64,000 bases of DNA, from positions 419 to 64,418 of the forward strand of contig CAMAXU010000003.1 of the NCBI GenBank assembly GCA_945862455.1, in the 5' to 3' direction. Below the pieces are notes generated by a model that saw only the letters and a program-made list of their open reading frames with translations, searched no databases and was not told where the DNA came from. The position numbers and the translations under genes are program-made. Shown here piece by piece: positions 1 to 8,300 of the stretch; the first letter of the stretch is position 1, and the number at the start of each line of letters is the position of its first letter. This stretch comes from Rickettsia typhi. Lineage in GTDB: Bacteria > Pseudomonadota > Alphaproteobacteria > Rickettsiales > UBA1997.

Positions 1-1
1 T

Positions 2-982
2 TGTGTGCTTGGATGTACGATTCCAGCGGGAAGTGGGACTTCTACAACACTTGTTGCACCAAGCACTACAACAGCAACTTGTAATTCATCTGGTTACTCA
101 GGAACGATGACTTTTAGCTGTAATCCGGGAAATGCAGTAAATATTACAACAGCTTGTGTCCAATCTTGTACAGCAAGTGGTGGAGTTACAGCTGATACTA
201 CTACAGTTCCGGGATCTAGTATATTTAAGTTTAATACGGTTGGGAGTTATACGCTTACATGTCCTAGTGCTAAAACTGCACAAGTTTTAGTTGTGGGCGG
301 AGGCGGAGGCGGCGGCAATGGTTTTGGTCAAAATGGCGGCGGTGGTGGTGGAGCTGGTGGCTTGGTTTACGCGGGATCTTATCCAATTACTGCAAATGTA
401 TCATACACAGTAACGGTTGGAGCTGGTGGTTCTACACAAACCACTGAAGGTGCTGCTGGAAATATTGGTTCTAATTCTGTATTTGGAGTCATCACCGCTT
501 ATGGCGGCGGTGGCGGTGGCTACAAAAATGGTGCATCGTCACCTCCGGGACCTGCAACTATAGGCGGTTCTGGTGGTGGTGGACCATTCAACGGACAAGG
601 AGCTGCTGCAACTCAAACTGCACAAACCTACCAAATGTATCACTTCGGAAATGCTGGCGGAAATGGACATCCTACTTCCCTATATATTACGGGCGGCGGT
701 GGCGGAGCTGGCGGAGCTGGAGGAAATGGATTGGTTTCAACTGGCGGATCTGGAGGTATAGGAGTGCAATTAGATATTACGGGAGTTAGTCTTTATTATG
801 CTGCTGGCGGCGGCGGAGCTGCTGGAAACTATACCAACCAAGGTATTGGAGGAAGTGGTATTGGCGGCAATGGCTCTACTACTAGCGGCACTTCAGGAAC
901 TGCAAATACTGGAAGTGGCGGCGGCGGTGGCGTTGGCAATGGAGGAGCGGGCGGTTCTGGAATTGTGATTGTACGTTATTAA
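2..982 (+). CDS. Glycine-rich repeat protein, 5'-truncated by the window edge (326 codons seen)
   Basis: The frame is open from nt 2, so the GTG at 5 is probably internal. An N-terminal Cys/Thr-rich part (CNSSGYSGTMTFSCNPGNAVNITTACVQSC) is followed by 'VLVVGGGGGGGNG' and many GGxGGxG runs. It ends in 'GSGIVIVRY', typical of bacterial/phage glycine-rich domain proteins. A strong terminator follows. Confidence 0.7.
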   Translation, partial: CVLGCTIPAGSGTSTTLVAPSTTTATCNSSGYSGTMTFSCNPGNAVNITTACVQSCTASGGVTADTTTVPGSSIFKFNTVGSYTLTCPSAKTAQVLVVGGGGGGGNGFGQNGGGGGGAGGLVYAGSYPITANVSYTVTVGAGGSTQTTEGAAGNIGSNSVFGVITAYGGGGGGYKNGASSPPGPATIGGSGGGGPFNGQGAAATQTAQTYQMYHFGNAGGNGHPTSLYITGGGGGAGGAGGNGLVSTGGSGGIGVQLDITGVSLYYAAGGGGAAGNYTNQGIGGSGIGGNGSTTSGTSGTANTGSGGGGGVGNGGAGGSGIVIVRY

Positions 983-1005
983 AACTAAAGAATTGGCGTA
1001 AAAAA

Positions 1006-1040
1006 GGGAGTGAGAAATTAAAATTCTCACTCCCTTTTTA
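1006..1040 (+). terminator. Rho-independent terminator of the glycine-rich protein gene
   Basis: Perfect 11-bp stem gggagtgagaa/ttctcactccc with a 7-nt loop, followed by a T-run, 24 nt after the stop codon. Confidence 0.85.
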
Positions 1041-1066
1041 TGCCTGAAGCTCTAAATTTCATTTGT

Positions 1067-1130
1067 ATAATGAGTCTGTCGCAAATCAAAAATTTCTTAG
1101 AAAATTTTGATTTGCGACAGACTCATAATT
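1067..1130. repeat. Family-A palindromic element, internally deleted mini copy
   Basis: Near-perfect palindrome. Arms gtctgtcgcaaatcaa / ttgatttgcgacagac match the termini of the ~145-bp family-A copies, and the core aaatttcttagaaaa is also shared. Confidence 0.75.
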
Positions 1131-1147
1131 CGACGATTCAAAAGCGA

Positions 1148-1252
1148 TATACCAAATTAACTATCTCTTGATAGCGCTAACGAAGTATTTCTGAGCAAAT
1201 TTTTACCAAAAAGACAAAGTTGTGGCTATCAAGAGATAGTTAATTTGGTATA
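1148..1252. repeat. Family-B palindromic (MITE/RPE-like) element
   Basis: Perfect 28-bp terminal inverted repeat tataccaaattaactatctcttgatagc / gctatcaagagatagttaatttggtata around a ~49-nt centre. Single copy in this window. Confidence 0.8.
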
Positions 1253-1285
1253 TGTCACTAAAAAACATTTTAATTACTTTACAAA

Positions 1286-1324
1286 GCCGACCAACCATCA
1301 AAAAATGGGAGGTCGGTTTTTTTT
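1286..1324 (+). terminator. Orphan terminator-like hairpin with no upstream ORF
   Basis: ccgacc(aa)ccat - caaaaa - atgg(ga)ggtcgg followed by an 8-T run. No coding region lies upstream, so it may belong to a small RNA or to a decayed element. Confidence 0.4.
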
Positions 1325-1330
1325 GAAATA

Positions 1331-1480
1331 ATGGCACTGTCGCGTAAATCAACTTTTTCGTCGAACTTTTCGCAATTCTAAATTTTTTAAAAACGCACGT
1401 ACATCTAGGTACGCTTACCTTTCAAAAAATTTAGAATCACAAAAATTTCTTAGAAAAACTTGATTTACGTGACAGTGCCA
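1331..1480 (+). repeat. Family-A palindromic element (RPE/MITE-like), copy A1
   Basis: ~150 bp with ~22-bp TIR atggcactgtcgcgtaaatcaa / ttgatttacgtgacagtgccat. An internal second palindrome is attctaaatttttt...aaaaaatttagaat. The core is near-identical to 2217..2361 and 50979..51117. Confidence 0.9.
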
Positions 1481-1494
1481 TAATCTATAAATTT

Positions 1495-2193
1495 ATGAAA
1501 AAATTTCTTTTATTTTCTGTGCTGGTTTTTGTTTCTTCATGCACTGGAAGTTGGAATTATGAAGGGCGCGGGGCTCCAAAAAATTGGGGAGATCTGAAAG
1601 AAGAATTCAAGTTTTGTAAAATCGGTTACAACCAATCACCAATTAATGTTACGTCTCAATTTGTCGAAAATGAGTTAAAATTTTCTTACAATAATTCTGA
1701 TGTAGAAAAGCAGCGCGTTGATCATGTGATGCAAATAATATATGACAGTAAAAATTTAGTGCTGCGCGGCAAAAAGAAATATTTTTTACGCAAAATTGAA
1801 TTTCATCATCCAAGTGAGCATTTAGTAAATGGCGAAGCGTCTTCAATGGAAATGCAAATTTATCATAAAAGTGAAGATGAACAATGGTTGGCTTTGGCGG
1901 TTTTTATGGAAATTGGTCAAGAAAATTTGGAAATTAAAAACATAATAAAATTGCTGCAAAGCAAAGAAAAACAAGGGAAATTGGATTTGTCAAAAATCAT
2001 TAAAGAAAAAGATCAAATATTTTTTTACGATGGTTCATTCACCACGCCGCCATGCAAAGAAGGCGTGAAATGGTATGTGATGAAAACTTTGATTACTGTT
2101 TCAAAAGAGCAGATGAATCAAATTATAAAATTGGGAATTTTTGCTAAATCAAACGCCAGACCGGTGCAAGAATTTCATCCGGAGAAATATTAA
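1495..2193 (+). CDS. Alpha-class carbonic anhydrase homologue, secreted, with a degenerate zinc triad
   Basis: Signal peptide/lipobox-like N-terminus (LVFVSSC). Alpha-CA hallmarks are present: SPINV, PSEH, GSFTTPPCKEGVKW, NARPVQ. The segment YFLRKIEFHHPSEHLVNGEASSMEMQIYH aligns to the bacterial alpha-CA consensus ..QFHFHAPSE......ME.H.VH. Confidence 0.85.
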   Translation: MKKFLLFSVLVFVSSCTGSWNYEGRGAPKNWGDLKEEFKFCKIGYNQSPINVTSQFVENELKFSYNNSDVEKQRVDHVMQIIYDSKNLVLRGKKKYFLRKIEFHHPSEHLVNGEASSMEMQIYHKSEDEQWLALAVFMEIGQENLEIKNIIKLLQSKEKQGKLDLSKIIKEKDQIFFYDGSFTTPPCKEGVKWYVMKTLITVSKEQMNQIIKLGIFAKSNARPVQEFHPEKY

Positions 2194-2216
2194 TCGAATG
2201 CGCGATAGATCCTAAA

Positions 2217-2361
2217 GGCGCTATCGCAAATCAACTTTTTCGTCGAACTTTTTGCAATTCTAAATTTTTTAAAAACGCACGTACATCTAGGTACGCTTAC
2301 CTTTCAAAAAATTTAGAATCACAAAAATTTCTTAGAAAAACTTGATTTACGCAACAGCGCC
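2217..2361 (+). repeat. Family-A palindromic element, copy A2
   Basis: Same orientation as A1. The internal ~110 bp differs from A1 by about 1 nt, and the termini are ggcgctatcgcaaatcaa / ttgatttacgcaacagcgcc. Confidence 0.9.
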
Positions 2362-2364
2362 TAA

Positions 2365-2429
2365 AACAAGTTCAGGATGACGGAGTTTGTTTTGGCTCGA
2401 TGCTCTCACATCTTCATCCTGAACTTGTT
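2365..2429. repeat. Long hairpin (16-bp perfect stem) upstream of uvrD
   Basis: aacaagttcaggatga ... tcatcctgaacttgtt with a 33-nt loop, abutting copy A2. Confidence 0.7.
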
Positions 2430-2462
2430 TCAGGATTTATCTCTACTTAAACAAAAATAAAA

Positions 2463-4640
2463 ATGTCCTTTCAAAATCTAAATTCTCCTCAACTTGAAGC
2501 TGTTCAACATACTGATGGTCCGGTTTTAGTGCTTGCTGGTGCTGGAACTGGCAAAACTAAAGTTTTGACTTCACGCGTAATAAATATCGTAAATTCGCAT
2601 TTAGCATCACCTTTACAAATTCTGTGTGTAACCTTTACCAACAAGGCTGCAGCGGAAATGAAAAAGCGTATCGGCGAAACAATCGGCGATCAGGTTCATA
2701 ATTTATGGGTCGGAACTTTTCACTCAATTGCGGCTAAAATTTTACGTCGTCATCCTGAAGTTGTAGGATTACGCAGTGATTTTACGATTATCGATGATGA
2801 TGACCAAACTCGTTTGCTCAAACAAATTCTCGGCGATTTTAATATCGACACCAAACAATTTGCGCCCAAAGCCTATTTAAACAAAATCTCGCGTTTGAAA
2901 GATAAAGTTGTATCACCATCAGCCCTTGAATCTGTTGGTTTTGAAGTTTCTCTGCCCAAGTTAAAAGAAGTTTACACAATTTACCAAGCGCGTCTTAAAG
3001 CTATGAATGCCACCGATTTTGGCGATTTATTAACATTAAATCTCGAGCTTTTTAATTCTGCGCCAGAAATTTTGGCTTATTATCAGGACAAGTTTCGTTA
3101 TGTTTTGGTTGACGAATATCAAGATACCAACAATGCCCAATATCAATGGCTTTTGAAATTGGCGGCAGTTCATAAAAATATTTGCTGCGTTGGTGATGAT
3201 GATCAATCAATCTATAGCTGGCGCGGTGCTAACATTGCTAATATTTTACGTTTTGAAAAAGATTTTACCAACGCCAAAGTAATTCGTCTTGAACAAAATT
3301 ATCGCTCAACTTCACGCATTTTAAAAGCGGCAGATTCTGTAATTTCCAACAATAAAGAACGCCATGGTAAAACATTGTGGACAGATGCTGGCGCTGGTGA
3401 AAAAGTTAAAGTTTTATCATTCTTAGACGACAGATCAGAATCGAGCACAATTGCTGCAATGATAAAAAATTTCATCGCGATGCAGAAATTTAAGCCATCG
3501 CAAATAGCGATTTTAGTGCGCGCAGGCTATCAAACTCGTTCTTTTGAAGAATCCTTTATTCACAGCTCTTTGCCTTATAAAGTTATCGGCGGCATGAAAT
3601 TTTATGAGCGTTTAGAAATTCGCGACGCGATTGCTTATTTAAGAATTTGCGCCAATCCCGACGATGATTTGGCTTTAAGCAGAATTATTAATGTGCCAAA
3701 AAGAGGAGCGGGCGATGCAGCAATTTCGGCGCTTTATGAGAAATCGAAACAAGAAGGAATTTCGTTTTTTGCGGCGGTGAAAAAATCAATTGATGAAAAT
3801 TCGTTAAAAGGAAAAGCGCGTGATTTATTAAAAATTTTGATTGATCAAATCATAAAAATTAATGGTCGAATTGGCAGCGATAATCTTTCCGAGCTTGCTA
3901 AATCTATTCTCACCGAAAGCGGTTATATCGCGATGTGGAAAGCGGAAAACACTTTGGAATCGCAAGGTCGTTTGGAAAATATTGAAGAATTTATCAGCAG
4001 TCTTGCTGATTTTTCGAGCATGGTTGAGTTTTTAGAATATGTTTCGTTGATCGAAGCGCGCGAAGATAAAAACCTGATTGAAGCTGTGACTGTAATGACG
4101 GTTCATGCGGCGAAAGGTTTAGAATTTGATCTGGTTTTTGTGCCGGGTTTGGAAGATGGTTTATTTCCAAGTGGCAAATCAATTGACGAAAGAAATGGAT
4201 TGGAAGAAGAGCGGCGTTTGATGTATGTTGCGATTACGCGCGCCAAAAAGCAGTTGATTTTATCTTCAGCAAAAACGCGTTATGTTTTTGGCGATTACCA
4301 AATGCAAATGCCGTCGCGCTTTTTGAAAGAATTGCCACAATCAGAAATTGAGTTCGAAGAAGTTTCTTACGGTTCAAATTATCTTTATAATAAAAGAAGT
4401 GAAACCGCGTCGCCAACCAGATTTATCGCGCCCAATTGGCAAAAATCTTCAGCGCCAGTGGCGATGGTTTCAAACACTTATTCCAAAGCAAAAATGGATG
4501 ATGGAATGTCGGGAAAAAGAGTTTTTCACCAGAAATTTGGTTATGGAAAAGTGACAAATGTCGATGGCAATAAATTGGAAATTGCCTTTGAAAAAAGCGG
4601 AACAAAAACCGTGATTAAGGATTTTGTTTCTTTGGCTTGA
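2463..4640 (+). CDS. uvrD: ATP-dependent DNA helicase, UvrD/PcrA/Rep (SF1) family
   Basis: 725 aa. Walker A AGAGTGKT, motif II VDEYQDTN, and also QNYRST and VHAAKGLEFD motifs. Confidence 0.9.
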   Translation: MSFQNLNSPQLEAVQHTDGPVLVLAGAGTGKTKVLTSRVINIVNSHLASPLQILCVTFTNKAAAEMKKRIGETIGDQVHNLWVGTFHSIAAKILRRHPEVVGLRSDFTIIDDDDQTRLLKQILGDFNIDTKQFAPKAYLNKISRLKDKVVSPSALESVGFEVSLPKLKEVYTIYQARLKAMNATDFGDLLTLNLELFNSAPEILAYYQDKFRYVLVDEYQDTNNAQYQWLLKLAAVHKNICCVGDDDQSIYSWRGANIANILRFEKDFTNAKVIRLEQNYRSTSRILKAADSVISNNKERHGKTLWTDAGAGEKVKVLSFLDDRSESSTIAAMIKNFIAMQKFKPSQIAILVRAGYQTRSFEESFIHSSLPYKVIGGMKFYERLEIRDAIAYLRICANPDDDLALSRIINVPKRGAGDAAISALYEKSKQEGISFFAAVKKSIDENSLKGKARDLLKILIDQIIKINGRIGSDNLSELAKSILTESGYIAMWKAENTLESQGRLENIEEFISSLADFSSMVEFLEYVSLIEAREDKNLIEAVTVMTVHAAKGLEFDLVFVPGLEDGLFPSGKSIDERNGLEEERRLMYVAITRAKKQLILSSAKTRYVFGDYQMQMPSRFLKELPQSEIEFEEVSYGSNYLYNKRSETASPTRFIAPNWQKSSAPVAMVSNTYSKAKMDDGMSGKRVFHQKFGYGKVTNVDGNKLEIAFEKSGTKTVIKDFVSLA

Positions 4641-4879
4641 GAGCTTTTTTAAATTGACAATCTCGATGCCATATCAAATTCTTTGGACTTCGTTATATAT
4701 TTATTTTTTACTCGACACGAGTCCTATCCAGACTTGCGGGGAAACCAATAGCAAAGCAAACTTCGGTCGAGTTTCAAGTAGCTTTGGTTATAAATCGATT
4801 TAATAAATAAAATCTTGATGACATCGAAGAGAGTTCGATATCTTCAAATAGATTATTTTAAGAACAATCACCGATATTT

Positions 4880-5356
4880 TTACGGATGTAAATTTACCGA
4901 TTTTGTTTGATCATCTCGGAATTTCTTTAATTTTTCTGCCAAAACTTCATCTGACAAAGCTAAAATTGCAATTGCTAAGAGAGCGGCATTTTTGGCGCCA
5001 GCTTCACCAATTGCCAAGCATCCAACCGGAATTCCTGCTGGCATTTGAACTATCGAAAGTAACGAATCCATTCCTTTAAGCGCGCGGCTTTCAACTGGAA
5101 CGCCAAGAACCGGAAGTTCAGTCATTGCGGCGGTCATTCCCGGCAAATGAGCGGCACCACCGGCACCAGCGATTATTACTTTTATGCCATTTTCTTTTGC
5201 CGATTCACAAAATTCGTAAAGTCTTTTTGGAGTGCGATGTGCAGAAACAATTTTTGTTTCGTAAGAAACAGCAAAATTATCAAGAATTTTGCAGGCATGT
5301 TCCATGGTCGCAAAATCTGATTTGCTGCCCATGATGATTGAAACTTTGGTTATCAT
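4880..5356 (-). CDS. purE: N5-carboxyaminoimidazole ribonucleotide mutase
   Basis: 158 aa. IMGSKSD and [10 protein letters not shown] motifs, typical PurE length. Confidence 0.9.
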   Translation of the reverse strand: MITKVSIIMGSKSDFATMEHACKILDNFAVSYETKIVSAHRTPKRLYEFCESAKENGIKVIIAGAGGAAHLPGMTAAMTELPVLGVPVESRALKGMDSLLSIVQMPAGIPVGCLAIGEAGAKNAALLAIAILALSDEVLAEKLKKFRDDQTKSVNLHP

Positions 5357-5379
5357 AAAATATTAAAAAATTGTGAATT

Positions 5380-8300
5380 TTAAGGACACATGCCTGTGCA
5401 ACCTGCGCTGTTAAGAATTAGGGCATTATCAATACATTTTACTTCAAAATCTCCGTACATATTCCAGTTTCTTTTGCAGCCAAATCCATTGTCGACGCTG
5501 TCATGATTAGACTCTTTGCATGTATAAGTTTGATAATGATTTAATGATGATGAGACGCAGTTGCTATTAAAATGCACATATAATGTTCTATATTTGTCGC
5601 AGCCAGATATATCTCTTTCATAAGATGTTCTAACGCCATTTGGGTTTGATGCTGTTCCTCTGCTGCAACCTCTACAAGCTGAGCAAGCATTAGAAACTGA
5701 TCCCCAAGATCCGCTTGCGCTGCAAGTTATTGTTGGAGATATGTCTGTTCTATCATATGCATTTCTTCCACAGCTATTGTCATAACTTCCAGAAGTTCCT
5801 CCATCCACAGCTTTTCCATATCCAGATGCGCAGTTCAGAGTTATTGTAGTGCCTGCTGCGATATAAGTGTTGCCGAAGTAAGTTTGTCCGCTGGGAATAT
5901 CGTTTTTATTGCAATATTTTATACATTTCTTGCCACTATTTTCTATGGCATCAAAATAGAGTTGATCAATGTAATTAAGTCCATTTGACGCGTATGAACA
6001 TGTATAATTTGTGATCGCTGATTTATTAGTAGAGTCAATATAATCTGATTCCACATATCCACTTTTACAACTGCTTGTAGTTGGCGAACTGCCAAGTGGA
6101 ACATAGTGATTGGTTGTATCATAATTTGCATTACTATCAATATCATCACTAGAAGTTACAGTGCCATTGTCATCGACGATCATGCCATTATTGGCAACAC
6201 ATTGAGGTACAACATCATCCCATTTATGAGTAATTTCGTTACATTTTCTTGCCAAAGCATAATAACCAACGCCACTGGAAGCGCCAAGTCGATCTCTTTG
6301 ATAATGAACAGCATTTTGACCAGTAAGGATAGGATTAGTTATATAGGCTGTAACTCCAAAATTTGTATCAGGCCAGTTAACGGTAAGAGTTAATCCGCTA
6401 TTTGTTCCATCATTTGCCGAGATTAAATGTTGAGTTCGACCAGCTCCAATTCTTGAATCTCCGCTTCCGACACCAGTATCAGAATTTACGGAATAGCCGA
6501 TACATTTATTAATACAGCTTGAAGAAGTAGTGCTCCAAACATTTGCAGTTCCATTTGTAATGATAACCGAACGACAAACTCTTTGTGGGCGAGTCTCAAC
6601 TGCTCGAGTATCATTAGCAAGGTTGGTGGGAATTGTTCTTAATGCGCTATTTGCTCCACTGTCGGTGCGGTAAGGTCCACTGTTGCTAATTGTAAATGGA
6701 GTGCCGTCTTTATCATTAAGTGCTTGATATGGATATGGATAATAGTCGCTTTCACAACCGTCATTTCCAGAAGCTGTTGTGATCACACCATCAACCTGAC
6801 CATTCAAAGGAACTCCGATTACTTTGTTCCAATAAGCCATACCGCTTCCTGGAGAAGTTGTTATTGTGGCATCACATTGAGTAGTGCAAGGATTTATAAC
6901 TGGACCCCAATTTCCCATGTGATCACAATTGCGTGTTGGGTTAATGCCGCTATTTGGATCAGAAGAAGTTTGGTTAACTCTAAAGAAGCCCAAAGATTGA
7001 TTTCCACCGCCACATGATCCAGTTGCAACTGATTCTGTTTGAATGCGAAGTGGGCTTCTTGAAGCATTTGTGGTCGGGAATGTTGCGCCACCTGAATTAT
7101 ACCATTGTTGCCAATCAGATGTAGATGAAGGATTTGATGGCGGATTAATAGCCGGACATTGAATTCTTACGCAGGCATTTGTAACAGTTCCCCATTGACC
7201 AAGTTGGTTGCAAGATCTAGTTGGAGTAGTTCCTCCAGTATAATCTTGAATTGGCCCAAAGAATGGTCCACCGGGAACCAAAGGTGTTGCAACTTTACTG
7301 CCCGTATTAGTTGAAGTTGATCCAGTTCTTTTAAAGCCTGTAATGCAAGAAACGAAAGGGTTTGGAGAAGTTGGCGTTTCTAGAAAATCATTGGCTTTAG
7401 TGTAAGATGTCCAAGTAGCAAAACCATGTCCCGATCCTCTCGTACCAGAAAGGGCGCTCAAAGATTGATAAGTTGCTTCATTAACTTCAAGCGCTCCGTA
7501 ACCACCTTGATAAAGACCAGTTGCATCTGGTCCGGTTGTTGAAACTTCGTCACATGTATAGCGTATGCAAGGATTGGTAACTGCTGCATCCCATTGCGCT
7601 GCTCCATTAACATTCAGACAGCTTCTTTTTGGCGGAGTAACTACGCCGGCACCATTTTTAGCAGGGCGCCAGAATCCGGTGCAAGTTCCTTCAATATCAG
7701 ACATGCCAAAAACTCCAAGTGGGAATTCAGCATGGCCAGTTCCGGCACTGCGTAATTGATGTGAAATATGAACGACATTACTTGTAACTGAAGATGAGGC
7801 GCCGTAAGTAGAATAACCTAATGAAGATTGAGTAAAATCAGGATCGCTCGGGTTTGAAGTGTTTGCAGTGGTGTTATAATCAATTGCGCTGCAAATTTGT
7901 GGAACTGGCATGGTAACGCAAAGACCAGCTTCATGAAGAGTCTCAGTTCTAGCTATTTGATTATCTGCAAGTGTAGTTCCATCTATATAATCTATACATT
8001 TACAATTAGGAGTCTTACCGCCTTCTGGACAAGAAGAGGGATTGGCTACTAGACATTTGCCTCGAGTTCCGTCCGTCATTTTGTAGGCTATAATATTTCT
8101 TAATTTTGTTGCAAAACCAGAGCTGACACAAATTTCATTAAACCAGCCGTAATAATTACCGGTTGCAGCAGCAGAAAGGTTGGTATTGGTGATGGTCGAA
8201 GTGTCAGAAGTAGTGTTCCCTTTTTTCTTATTGCATAGCGGTAGCAGAATCTCGTTACAATTTTTTCTAACTGCAAGATATGAATCTATTGATCGTCCGG

